Source: Trichoplax adhaerens
Taxonomy: Eukaryota; Animalia; Placozoa
Assembly: GCF_000150275.1 (NCBI RefSeq)
Contig: NW_002060954.1
Coordinates: forward strand, 992,001 to 1,056,000
DNA length: 64,000 nt
Direction of reading: 5' to 3'
The stretch's first letter is position 1, and each line of letters opens with the position of its first letter. This document shows, one piece after another, positions 18,562 through 32,166 of this stretch. The notes under the pieces were generated by a model, which saw only the letters and a program-made list of their open reading frames with translations, made no database searches and was not told where the DNA came from. The position numbers and the translations under genes were made by a program.

Positions 18562-19537
18562 CCCCTGCTAAAAGTATCTACTTTAAGATTATAATTAATA
18601 GTATGTATATAGTTGTATAATATATTCTGTAGTGGTCGGTTCATGCGATTTTTAATATTTTTAATACCATATGTTATATCATAGTTCTGTAGCTCTACTC
18701 TATCATGATATCTCAATATTGCACAATACATCTAAAAAGAAATCGTTAAAATCCTGTTGACCATTTTCTGAAAATAACTATTGATGTGAACGAAGAGCTG
18801 TAAGAGTTCACCTTCATATTTTTATTATATAATGATTCCACAGTATGTTGTATAAGTAATTGTATATTACAAATAAAGCAATATAGTTAATCCTACGAAA
18901 AGTACCTGTGTAAAATTCAGTGGCTATTACTGTTGTCTATCATGACATATCGTAACATTTAGGAACCAACAGTGCAAATTTTAAAGTTGTTATTACTTCT
19001 TCATTTTCCTACCCATTTGCATGATGTTTACGAAGTTAACTATCAACTTTAGTCAATGTAGACTGTAGTAAAGCTCTTCTAGTAGGTTTTGTTATGAAAA
19101 TTTATTGACAATTTATGACTGTAAATAAGGAGCGGCTGTTTCAGCCAATACAGTACTCCATGTTGTACCCATATAATGTATCTAGAAAGACAGGAAATCA
19201 AAATCTGGTCCATGAACCAGATAATAGCTTAAATGTCACATACAATCTGTTGTCCAATTATGTATCCTTCTTTTCTTGGTATATCATAACATTACTATGT
19301 AAGATCTTTAACAGTTTATAATTACAGACAGTAGTTAAAAATTCGAATATAATTTAGTAAAGCATGTACATGTATACGAACAAAACAGAAATCACAGCGA
19401 CAAAGTTAAAGAGGTAATTAATGACAATATTCGAAGGAATATTCTTTAATATCATAGCAGCTACAAGAAAATGAAATACTTTCCGAGTCTAAATCATCAA
19501 AACCAAATTATCAATTCAGTCTTAATGAAAAATTCGA

Positions 19538-22476
19538 TTATTCTTGCATATCGATGACAAGTTCTTCTTCAATTAAATCATCTAAACTACTTTCTAGTTC
19601 ATTTGCGGGTTGTTCCACTTTTTCTCCGAAACTATTCATGACGAAATTTAATACAATTGCAAATATTAACTGAATGCCTGTTTGTCATGGACAACACTAG
19701 CAAAAATGTTTCTTACGTATCGCTAAAGGCATCTTGTGACAATCCTATATCAGCGTCAGTTGAAAGGCGAGAGAACTCTCCCTGGAGAGATTTTTTGCGC
19801 TCCTTCCCTTTTTTAAGCTACATAACGTAATTGAAAATATAATAAGCTCAAGTAGGTAAGTTCTTGAAATATATGTGTTATGCATTATTAACTTAAGCTT
19901 TCTTACGTGATGCCCTTTCTTTACTAAAGAGTATTTTATCATTTTAGAAGACTTAGATGAACTATTTCCTGTAAAGGTAGCCACATTAAATATTATACAT
20001 CTTCGCCAACAAGAACTAAATATAATTCACATAATAATACCAGGTCTTACCGTTCTTTGGGCCTATTCGAATAACCGTTCGGTGACGTTTACAGTAAGAA
20101 AACTTTGATGACTTACTAACAATTTCCTGACATTGTATTCCCTACAATATTAAATTACTCCTTTATATGATATTGTGTTATGAATCCTTTAATTAAAATT
20201 TAACTAAAGTTGTCTAATGCTAAACACAGAAATTCTTCTAGAGTAATTTAAATTAGCAATGCATTTAATGTTATTTGCTTACATCTGCAACATACGCACA
20301 TCGAACTAGCTGTTTATCGCTGGAACTGGCACGACCCTAATAGCATTATTAATAAATTACGTTTAATGTCAATACTTACAGCATAACAAATAGTAATAAA
20401 TAACAAGAGTTACAATACCAACCAATTCGAGTATTTAATCTAAGATAATATGATTATTTACAAAGAACATAATACAGTTTCACATTAAACCAGTGAGCAA
20501 ATCAGCTTTGGATATAGTAAAAGATTTTATTGACAACTACAGAGTTAATAAATTTAGGTATAGATAATGCAATATTATATTTATACAACTCTGATAGATT
20601 CAATCTTAGAAAATTTGGTAACTGATATAACGATGGCGTATCAGCTATTGAATTTAATGTTAACGCTAATACTTACATTTAATTCCTTAGTGTCATTAGA
20701 AGAACTACGTTGATTCGTCGACTTTTTGCTTAAATGACTTTTCCTTTTCTTCTCTTTGATTGGCCTTGTAGTCGAATGAAATACGGATATTTAGATAGTG
20801 AATAAGCATAGAAAAGATTTTATATACTCGCACGTTAATATTAAAAGGTTAATCAATATTACTGAATTACTAAACCTGAAAAAAATGCAGACCTGAACTA
20901 CTGTAGTTTACGTAAGTAATTTATCTGTAGCATTCTGTACTCACACATACTTAGATTTAGTGGAGGATCCATCATTAGCGTGCTACATTTTTAAAAGAAC
21001 AGTTAAGTTGCAATTCACAAACTCTGCACTATAAATTTCATAAATAATTGCAGACTAAAATTTAATCATATCTGCAACCTACATGCGTCTTTTTCCTCTT
21101 TCTTTCAATTTCACTTTCATTCGAAGAAGATGCTGTTCCGTCTTCATCTAAACAAAACAAGAGGATAAATATAAAATATGTCTATTACAGATCTAAAATT
21201 GAAAGAAAGCACATAAATACTCTTCAAAAGCTGACATAGTTGATTTTATAGTATCACATGTACAACTAAAGCTTATTTAAAAAATTTATTACGCCTTAAA
21301 TAAAAGTCTAATTACAAACATGAAATCTTTTTTACCTGACGAAGAAAGCGGTACATTTTCATATTTAAGAAGTCGATCTAGTAAAAAGCTGTTACAAAAA
21401 ATACCGTCATGTTCAAGAGTAATTACCCCATCTCCACTGAGATACATTTACATTTATACAGAAGTATATTACAGTTTGATAGAGCTATTTATTTATTAAG
21501 CAATATATTAAAACACATCAATTCTACATACAGTACTGTACGTAGCTGTATATACTAAGTGTGTAATAAGCAATATACAAGTTTACTAATAATACAAGAT
21601 ATAGAATCAAAAATGTCTATAGGTGCAGTACTACCACATTTATGTATTTATTGCAGTGCGTACCATGGACCACCATAACTCTAGGTGCTCTAGTGTTCCA
21701 TGGTAGTACTGTACTTACTTCTTATCCATAGAAACACGCAGAATCTTCTTCTGAATTTTGACCAATTCCTCGCGAAAACATTCTTGTTCCTAAATTTCGT
21801 TATAAAGAAAAGCTGCACTATTACAGTAGTGTAAAGAATAGGCGAATAGTTTATGAGTGTTAGAGAAAAAGCATATGTGGTTATATACAGAACAGGCCCT
21901 CCGATTATAATTATTGTACAGTATTGTCAGTGTATAAATGGCAGTGAACTAAGGCTGCTATACTTTCGGTTAAAGTAGACGCTGTCATTATAACATTTAA
22001 TCACCATACACTGTACTGTATATAGTTTATGATATACTGTAATTATTATAATTCAAAAGTCATATCATTTGACTTATCCCTTACATAAAGAAGAAATTTC
22101 AATTTCCTTTTCAAGGTTTTGTATCTATGTTTGGACGACGTTTTTGGTAGTACTGTGGGCATAATGTCTTCACTCTTAGTGTCGGCAGCAGCATCTATTT
22201 CTAATTCAAGCATCATAAAAAATAGAATGGTCAAACTTTCGTGTCATATTACTCGCAGTAATACTGGTAATAGCGCGCCTATATTGGATTTAGATTGTCG
22301 ATTTGGTCATGGTTACTGGTACAGACGGTACAGTATTTATACGCATAAATTTAATTCAAAAACTCAATCAATACGAATATAAATAACAAATTGAACGATT
22401 GCTATCTTTGAAACTGTTACTTGAATTCATATCAGTATTAAAAATTACCTTCTGGTTGTTCATTGCTATCCGACAT
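19538..22476 (-). CDS. INO80E: INO80 complex subunit E (CCDC95) homolog, about 11 small exons, with an extra CCCH finger
   Basis: Spliced RYKTLKRKLKFLLY|EQECFREELVKIQKKILRVSMDK|SFLLDRLLKYENV matches the INO80E N-terminal coiled coil; C-terminus EEELVIDMQE-TAA resembles INO80E DDLVIDIPE. Internal exon boundaries are approximate. Confidence 0.88.
22278..22287. promoter_or_regulatory. Perfect CArG box (CCTATATTGG) in INO80E intron 1, about 1.2 kb upstream of the SRF-1 ATG
   Basis: Matches CC(A/T)6GG; function untested. Confidence 0.3.
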
Positions 22477-22639
22477 ATTTCAACCTCGAATCGAGCGAGT
22501 GCACACTGCACCTTGGTACTTGTTAAAATATCGAAATCTTCTACCAAGTATACTTTTTAGCAAATGTCTGCAGACTGCTTAAAGTCCTTGGCTGCAGCAT
22601 GGCCATTGACCACTGACCAGATCTTGGTTCAGACGATAT

Positions 22640-23355
22640 CCTACTATACAGTACTGTAGGTTTTACTGTAGGTTTTTTCTTTCTTTCCTTCTTGAATCTC
22701 TTGTCTGTGCTCCATACAATACCGTATTCTACAGTACAGTATACTGTAGATGTTATACTGTACTGTACTGTACTGTACATACTGTATAGCGGAGCATATT
22801 GTACTGTACACTGTACTATACAGTACTGTACTGTACTGTATGTACTGTACAGTAGATGTTTCCACTCTACAGTACTTATGTTACAGTACTGAGTATTGTG
22901 CACTGTACAGTATGGTAACGTGCAGTACTGTACTGTACACTGTACAGTACAGTATAGAACATAAAGGTATCGAACCGAACCTTTCTCAGGTCTGCATTAC
23001 GGCCGCTATTTGAGGAGGAATGCAAGCAGAGTGACTGTCCCTAATGTTCGTCACACGACTGTACTGTACAGTGTACAGTGTACAGTATACGTTTATGCGT
23101 ACAGTACTTTACACTATACATTACAGTACTGTACTGTACTGTACAGTATCACCGTGTCTGCTGTACTGTACTGTACACTACAGACTCACTAAAATTTTTA
23201 ATTTGTAGGGTCTCTACTGAACACTTTTACGTTACCGGACGGCCAGTCACAGGTTAACTACTGAATATTGTACTAACAGTGCACTACAGTACAGCAATAT
23301 AGTGTACTGTACTGTACACTGTACAGTACGTAAATACTGTACTGTACAGTACCGT
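22640..23355. repeat. CAGTA/TACTG pentamer arrays in the INO80E/SRF-1 head-to-head promoter region
   Basis: Two array blocks (about 22640-22955 and 23056-23355) flanking a roughly 100 bp non-repetitive, GC-richer core. Confidence 0.9.
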
Positions 23356-23516
23356 GGCATAGCTGCAGAAGCAGTCCGCAATTTTAGCACAACATTTAAA
23401 GATTGCTAGCTATTCAATTTTCGCTTGTATTACTTACAGATCTGCATCGATCAGCAGCATTCAAAATAGTAGTAACTAAAGTTGATATTGGATACTACTA
23501 CAGGAGAACAACCAAA

Positions 23517-25644
23517 ATGACTAAGTCGAACGAAAAGAAAAGAGCTGGCAGTGGATATTCTGATAAGAGATCTAATAAGAAACCAGCACAGGACAACCTA
23601 CGCAGTACCGATGAACGAAATCATTCATCTCGTCGACAAGAATCAAATCAAAACACCGCAGAAACAAATAGAACTGAAATACCCCTCGATAGTGATAGTG
23701 AATCTGCTACCCCACTGTCGGTCGATATGGCAGCTGAAGTTAGTGAGGATAAAGCCCTATTAAAGAAAACTCGAGGTAGACAAAAAATTGATATAAAATT
23801 TATTCAAGATAAAAATAAAAGATTTACAACATTCAGTAAGAGGAAAGGTGGTATCATGAAAAAGGTATGTACAATATACGCGCATAGGTGTCTGCGTTGC
23901 ATCCTAGCTACAGCTGAATTTTATGCCTATTTTAAATTCTTATTTGCAATTTATGATTGTAATATATTCTTATCGTAATATTATTGCTGTGTGGTGTCAG
24001 TGGTAGTGTTCCGAAAAACAAATAAACTCAATATTCACAAATTCTATTTAATCGAATGTACTCTACCTACAGTAAATGGTTGATACTACTATATCCATCT
24101 ACATGTTCGACAAGACTATAAATTAAGCATAGCTTGCAAGTTCATAAAATACCCTTACGTATAATTGCACTGTAGGATAATAATAGAATTCCAATCAGAA
24201 AAACGAATTTTATTAGTAGACATACAGTATATCGTATTGTACAAACACCTTCAGAATTATTTTGGCCATGTTGTGAAATATTATCCAAGAGCCTGTCGCT
24301 ATTCACAGAACGAAATTGTATTGTTGTAAAATTACATTCTTTATTTTGTTGTAATAGAGCCATCGTATTGTAGTTACTTTAATCTATAACCAACCACATT
24401 GACAAAAATAGAAATGCAATAATGTTAATAATGAGCTAATAATTCCTAAAACAATAATAATTCACATCAATGTTATGCATTCGGTAATTATAACTCAAGC
24501 TAATATGAAACTGAAGTAAATACTGACTCTAAGCCAATCTGTCATGCTATACACTTTGCAACAATTTATTAAATTTCATTCAGCATATGCAGTATAATAT
24601 TTAAAAATACTACTCTTTAAGATATCCTAAAATCAAAGTTTTATTATTCGATATTACGTATTACTGTACTATTCATATCTCTCAGCAATACTAAATGATA
24701 AGAAATAAATTTGTAATATTGGTTAGGCTTTCGAATTGTGTACTCTCACTGGAACTGAAATAATGGTATTGGTAGCGTCCGAAACTGGTCACGTATATAC
24801 TTTTGCAACTCCTAGATTACAGCCTATTGTGACCACTGAAGCTGGTAAAAATTTGATTCAGACGTGTCTTCAGTCTGAATGCGTCCTTGATCCTAGTATG
24901 GCACAGCGTATGAACCAAGACGGATTCCAAGAACCTGATATAAATTTCGAACTCGGAGAAAGGGTATTTTGTTAGCATATGTAGATAACTTTACGTTGGT
25001 GACTTACTATATGAATATGTAGTATTACAAAGCTTTAGCTTTCATTAAATATTCATCAATACTAAATGAAAATATCCCAATTTTTGGTTATATTGTTGTC
25101 CAAATTTAGAACTTGCAATTTACCGCAGGTCTGGCCTCGAATATTTACCAAGATTCCGGACAAAGGAATCATTCAAATGCAAATCAAGAATTCTGTCGTA
25201 CATTGTATCCCCGCGAATTTAGACCGAATATATTAACTTCAAATTCTTATAATATTGTTAACCGTGGCCCTTCGGGATCAGGTACACAACAAGGCAGTTC
25301 CAAAGAATGGGAAGAGGTAATACATTAAAATAATTAGTATTTCTGAATAATGTTCTAACTTGATTGAATTTTATCAATTTTCCTAGCAACAACTATCTTA
25401 TAGACATGTGCGACAAGATCCTGCTGAAGGCAGAACATGCTCGCAATCTGGAACATCAGCATCACAAATGCCAACTGTAACTACTATCTCTACTGGAAAT
25501 CGTTCTACTACAGCTAGAGACCTACGATACAATCAAACACACTTAATTCCGCGAGAAAACGAAGAGGCCGGTTATTGGGTAGCAAATAATCCACCTCATG
25601 CAGCTACGGAAAATGAAAACAGCAACGAAAAAAACGCGTCGTGA
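23517..25644 (+). CDS. SRF: Serum response factor (SRF-type MADS-box transcription factor), conserved copy, 4 exons
   Basis: Exons 23517-23864, 24727-24963, 25110-25316, 25387-25644. KKTRGRQKIDIKFIQDKNKRFTTFSKRKGGIMKK|AFELCTLTGTEIMVLVASETGHVYTFATPRLQPIVTTEAGKNLIQTCL is the SRF MADS plus SAM domain, followed by QRMNQDGFQEPDI. Confidence 0.95.
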
Positions 25645-26264
25645 CAAGTTCAAATATACAAACCCTTCGTACTTTTTATTATGTAATTACTGCAGTTATT
25701 AACTGGGTGACATATGTAAATCTTTACATTTGAATGTAAGAAGTTACATATATCAAAATTTTTTAATCATAGAAATGAACAAATTTTTTTACATAAACTG
25801 TAAGTAGAATAAAGTGGAAAACATGTATTAAAAAATCAGTTCATTTCCATCACTATTGATATCACCTGCAAACGTTGTGTTATAATGACTAATATCATAA
25901 CATTTTCCTAATAGTTTTGCACTTTACATGCCCTAGTAGAGCATTATTACAAATTATAATCTAAACTGAACAATCTACATCGCTATGATTGGATGATAGA
26001 TAATGCGTAAACTGAAGAATCTAAAAAATATAGTCTATTTTTTATCATTCAATCAGGATTATGTATAATATGTAAGTGTTAATTCTTTCTTTATCATAGA
26101 ATACTAGTATGGTAAACAATTACAGTTGTACTTACTGTAAATCTGATTGAAATATTATAATGCTCTTCAATATGACAATGAAAAGTATGCACTTAGATAT
26201 CATATTGAAGAACTACAACGATATTACCTATACGGAATGTTTATATAATTAATGTATTACTTTT

Positions 26265-28072
26265 TCAGCATTTACGATCGCTGCTATCACTATAGTCGTC
26301 ACTATCATCCGTAGTGTTACTATTGTCATCGCATTTAAATGCCATCCTTTGGCGATCGCTTTGCGAATCTGATTGATAATGATATTCACTTTGTGGATCA
26401 CCCGGATAACCTCGCTGCAAGACAGGATAATTTGGCTTCAGTAACGGATCATTAGGTCCATAATGATAAGGATGCCTAAGAGCACCACTATCACGCCTCA
26501 TTGTTGCGTTTTCTGCTATATAGCGCATATGCGGTTGTAAATTACTACCTTGACTGCTCATATTATTACCAATAATGCCTGATGAATGAATATTTACTGG
26601 ATTGGATGGGTTATTACCTCTATAAACGATACCTGGATTATGCGCTTTGATCAAAGTACCATTTGACACATTCCCAAGATGTCGCATCTTAGCTGATGTT
26701 GTACTTCCACGAATATTGAAGCTCTCGTTGTTAATAGGCGATGTTTCAGTTTTAATTGTATGTGGAATTACATGTTGTACTGCAGATGGATGGATTTGAC
26801 GCTTAATCTGAGATGAATTACGGGATGGATCAAATTGTACAGACTGAGGCACTGCTAATTTGGCAGTTTTAGCAGATCTTTTCCTGGGCAGCCTTCCTAT
26901 AGTTTGATCCATTATTCCATTGTTCTTTTTCAACCTCTGTAATAGTGATAAAAACAATTTCGATTTGAAATTTCTAAATAATAAAAAAGTTTTTAATCCT
27001 TATACATTTCTTCCTTTAATAATAAATAGCATTCATGTAATTGCAAATATAACATGATGCAATATACTATACAGTCGATAGTTTATGCTTCCCCCATCAC
27101 AATAGTACAATTTGCTCAATTTCATCGACTTACGTAATCTGCAATAGCCATCCCAATATCTTTTTCATGGTATCCCTCAGGTCTCATTCGTTCAGGAGAA
27201 ACAACGCCACAATTGGATATCATACATTGAAGAATCAAATTCCGTCCCTCCTCCATACGCAGCATGGATTGAAAGTTGCGGGTACTATAGGTATAAACAT
27301 TGCTTGTGGTTGGGACTAATATCACAAGTGCTTGACAGTCCGTTAGCGTGCAAATTTCATCTACCTAAACATAAGCAAAAAATTTACAGCAAGTTGAGTA
27401 ATTCATACAAAATCGTATACCAGCACACGCCTAAAAGGTAGTCCTATCTAATTAGTAAGGTTCCTAAAATTTCTGTATGGGCATAATTACAAAATAATAT
27501 AGGAAATTACTTCTTCATACCTTTTTCAAGAGCCCCTTCTTCCTTTTGCTAAATGTAGTATTTCTTTTATCTTTTCGCTCGATAAGACAGATAGGGATCT
27601 TTTGGCGACCTCGACTCCTTTTCTTAGACATATCATGTGCTGTTTCTCCTTTAATAGTTAAAGCATTAATATAATTGAAAATCTGATGTAATTTTGTCTA
27701 TTATTGGCAGAGAAAAATAATATCGACTGTCCTTATTCCCTTACTGTTTTCTTGTGGCATTGAAGAAGGAGAAACTAATGACGATTGTGGTAGTGACGCA
27801 CTTGCTATAGCTGTATGATCACTTGGACATTGTGGGTTAGAACTGCTATTGCTACTATTGAGTCCACTATCGTTTGTTGAAGACGGAATGCCATTGCTTT
27901 CCTTATTCTCGCTTAGTGTATCTCTTGTCCTACGCTGATTCATCCTTATGCTACCAATATGAGATTGTTGGTTATGAGAAAAGATCGGAGGTAAAGAATT
28001 TGTATTTGAAATAGTTGACGTTCTTTGATCAATTTGGCTGTCGTTAGCGGAATTTGTCGGCGTCACATTCAT
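26265..28072 (-). CDS. Second, divergent SRF-like MADS-box transcription factor, 4 coding exons
   Basis: Exons 27745-28072, 27521-27648, 27134-27364, 26265-26936 splice in frame. KKRSRGRQKIPICLIERKDKRNTTFSKRKKGLLKK|VDEICTLTDCQALVILVPTTSNVYTYSTRNFQSMLRMEEGRNLILQCM, then ERMRPEGYHEKDI. Probable 5'UTR intron with donor GAG|GTAAGT near 28219. Confidence 0.88.
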
Positions 28073-28686
28073 AACGCTTCTATCTAGGACGATTTTTTGG
28101 AAGCTGACCCTTTAAAATCCTTGTATGTAATCGTTCAAGCTTTAAAACAAGAAATAGCAACAATATTTATTAGTCATGACGACAAAAGTCAGTAGGGACA
28201 AGTTATATTTGTGACTTACCTCAATTAGATTGAATCCTTCTCCAAAAGACGAACTTTTTTGTGAAACTATTCAAACAATTCACCCTCTAGTAATAAACTA
28301 CGTGAGCGCATTAGGTTTATATTGACTACGATAGCGGCCGTGACGTCCACCAGCAAAAACTCGTGATATCACTTCGATCCATAAAAGTAAGCCTAATTAC
28401 ACAAAATAATCAAATAAGCAAAAACGAATTCTTATATATTATCATATATGGAACTTTAATAAGGAAATATTTTTCTTCAATTTATCCGTTGAAATCAACA
28501 ATTAATGATGAGTGATGAAGAAAGCTATACTAGATAAGGAAGATGAGAATTAAACAATAAAATATAAATATGGAAAAGCAAAATAACCATTAATATAAAA
28601 ATGGCCGTAATACTTGTGCTATAGTACTAACTTGGCAACGTGAGTATCAACTAACTTTTAAAAATGTCACAGAGAAAATAGCCAAT

Positions 28687-28696
28687 CCATATTTGG
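28687..28696. promoter_or_regulatory. Perfect CArG box (CCATATTTGG) upstream of SRF-2
   Basis: Matches CC(A/T)6GG, directly preceded by CCAAT; a near-CArG TCATATATGG lies at 28442-28451. Confidence 0.4.
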
Positions 28697-31600
28697 TTAT
28701 AGTTTGCTGTATTCAGGAGTTATCCGATCTCTTATTATTGCTACACATGATCAATTTGCTTTTCTAGCTTTACTTCAAATCTCTGGTTTAAGGGTAATTT
28801 ACACATTGTACTATACAGTAGAAATGATGTAGAAATGTGTTAGGTGATCGAATCTACATACTGCATGCAGGCAATTATTACCATACAAGAAGTGCAATCA
28901 ACTATGTTAAGGTACAGATGATCAACATAAGAAAGTTTAAATTTTACAAATGATATCAACGACTGTATACATTAACTATCATTTCTTCGATCACAATACC
29001 TTACAGCAGAACATCACAAAGTTTACCTCAGAGGCGTAGAGACCGTCATTGGTAAATATCTTGAAAAATTCATCTTGACAAAATTGATATTGATCTAAAA
29101 GTAAATACAGTAGGCCTAAAATAGGTTCATAATATTTACACTCTAGATTATTGTACATAGTAATCTACAATGTGTTTTCTTCGGGATCACCTTAATTCCT
29201 AGTTTTGCGCCATAAGCATTTCATTGAAACAGCCAACGTAGAATCACTTACAATATTTCTTTGACTATCACTTGAGGCCACTAGCCAAATGCTTTACCTT
29301 GCGATAATAATATCAATTTGATGCATATTGGCGTACGAGTGAAACTAATTTTTGTGCACATTCGTGTACGTGTAAAAGAAAATTTGTATAAATAATCCAT
29401 CTCATGATTAAGATTTCCTACTAGTATCTTGAACGAAGTAACCTGAACGGAACAATTCGAAAATAACGCGCTGAAAGTACAGAAGATACGCTCCTCCTCA
29501 CCGCTTCCACAGCCGTCTATGCTGGTATAGAATCTGTAGGCCATTTCTAAAATTCCAAAAAGTTACAATAGTACTGTAACTTATGTAATTTCACTATTAT
29601 CCTCTCTTTCATTGTTTATTTATTCCATCACAGAATACGATTAGATGTTATATTCATATTATCCGTAAATTCAACGATTTTTATAATAAAGTATCAACTT
29701 ATAACATTGATTCCTCTGCTTGCATTATCTTCTCTTCTAACCACCCATATACTCGATCATGCACTACCCGTGAATTTTTACACTCAAACTAAACGCAATT
29801 TTAACAATATCAACTTACCAAAATATCGACCATATAATATTTTTTGCAAAGATAGATTGTAATTGCACCTCCGTCTTCTCTTTTAATCACTTATTTACTC
29901 AATCATGAATACGCTAAAATTTTATACTTGCATTGAATGCAAATTAACCTCCTTGTAAAATGAAGCTTTAAGTCAGTATGATGCAGCCTAAACGAGCAAC
30001 ATAGGTGATTTTTATTAAGACTTTGAAAATAATTTTTTAAAATAGTTTAAGTTGCTGTTGCTCTTGCTATTTATTAAAATTCGTTTGCATCAATCTAATA
30101 TTGCTATTATACTGTAAGTGTTAAAAAGAATTAAATCAATTTCTGAGCTAAATTCAAATGTTTCAACTGTCTGCGTGGCTGGTTTATTCTGTTGGACAAT
30201 TTTCGGCATTGCATAGTGAGATTTCGTAAATGCTATATTATAATATTATAATTACCGGTTTATCTCCCATATCCCTGTGATTTTGTTCATAGCAACGATA
30301 CCGCAATGCTAACTATGACATTTAAAGTTTTAATGAAGAATTTTCGATATGATATAATTCAATTAATTGCCCAAGTCTTCTTTATTGTGTGGTGTGCTAA
30401 CTAATACATAAGCTGTACTTTATATTTGTTATCGTAAGTTTTTGCTTTGGATAGGTATGTGTCTCCAGAATTTAAAAATGAGAAGATTATTTAACCTATG
30501 AAAAGATAATACGAATTACGCAATCATCAAATCAGAGATCATCATATTTTATAAACTACGCACAAGTAACAATGTTTGCACACTGATAATTAAGTAACAA
30601 AGAAATAAGAACGATTAAAATCATTATCTTGAGAATTTCATTGAATTAAATTTCTTAAACATTTTTAATATTTGGGGAACAAGAAGAAAAATCTTTTCAC
30701 TTCCTAAAATCCCATGATTAAATGCTTGAAAGAATATCTCTTTAAATTGGGATTAATATGTGAGAAAAAGTTCACCCGTTCATCATAATGATTAGGAATA
30801 AATTGGTTTATCGGATTAATGTGATTTAATGAATCACGAAGATCGTTAAAAGCTAACCCTTTACTCCTGATGACAAAATAATTGAAAATACCAAAGGATT
30901 CGAGAGATTGTTAAGCTTAGAGCTAAAAAATAATCAAGTATTCTGAATAATATAGATATAAACTTGGTCTGTTCTTTTAAGTAGTTCTTCTTTCTCTGTT
31001 TTGTAGCGGTGTCTTAATTTCTATTGTGTCTGCTCAAATTAATGAAATCATATATTTTTATAGTAACTAAGTACATTTCGTACGTTATCTGATCGTACTA
31101 TCAAATATAATGCAGGATGTAATTAGTATATTTCCAAGATTTAATAACGGTCTAGTCCTTATAGAATTCACCAGCATAATTTAAAATGAGGTCAATAAAT
31201 ACATATTTTTTCCTCGATTTATTAATAAGACGGATTTAAGTTAGTCTCTTTCTTTGTCTTTATTGCGATTATAGACTACTTTTACGCAGTTGTAACATGC
31301 GAGTAAACTATAATTTTTTATGAAGTACTTGAAAAAATAATTCGATGATATTCCTTGGGATGAAAGAAAGGGAAGATTAAAAATGCTTTGTTCGGGTATG
31401 TTCGTGTATAACGTGAAGTCGATTTAATTTACGAGAATACTTCAGTTTATGTAAAACAGCGAAGAAATCTTCCATGAATTCGAACCATGAGAAATTACCG
31501 TTTAAAGATATTCTTGGTTAAATTATAATCAGCGCAGGAAAATTTTTATATTTCAGTATAAACGATAGTTTATTTATCAATTATTGACAATACCCATTTA

Positions 31601-32166
31601 TGCATCTCAAATTGTTCGCATCAAATATCGTAAAAATTCTTATATATGGGTGAGTACAACGAATATTCCCAAATTTCGTAATAATTGACAAATTGAATCA
31701 ATTTTCATTTTACGAATGTAAAAGAGCTATTTGAAACATATATAAGAAAGCATTATCGGACAATAACAGATTAAGTTCAGTATTACAATTTATCTCATCC
31801 TATTAAGAACATTAATGACGTAATCTAAATTAAATATGCTTGAATAAGGTGTAAAATCTTTTTATTATTGAATCACTATTATACAAAGATATAGAATTAG
31901 TCCTGACGTGATAAGAAAATGCTGTCCGATTTGTATAATCACAGCGTCATCAATGAAATACCAGAATAACAATTGTGAATTCTTCGAAAGATTCTTAATA
32001 CATATAAGATTTATGAATAGTGATGTCAACTGATAAAGTAATTAATCCTGAGATAACGTATAAAAAATTTACGCTCCCCACGACAAGCAACCGAATCTTT
32101 GTCTTTGCATTAAATATATACGTTATATACATATACATGAATATATATTATCAGCATATATTATCA

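Noticed and set aside
22541-23192. Cluster of Tyr/Cys/Thr/Val-rich ORFs
   Set aside because: Same pentamer-array artefact, in the INO80E/SRF-1 promoter.
29281-29544. 87-aa ORF with an internal FTRT repeat
   Set aside because: Explained by a short imperfect DNA duplication; no domain similarity or splice partners seen.
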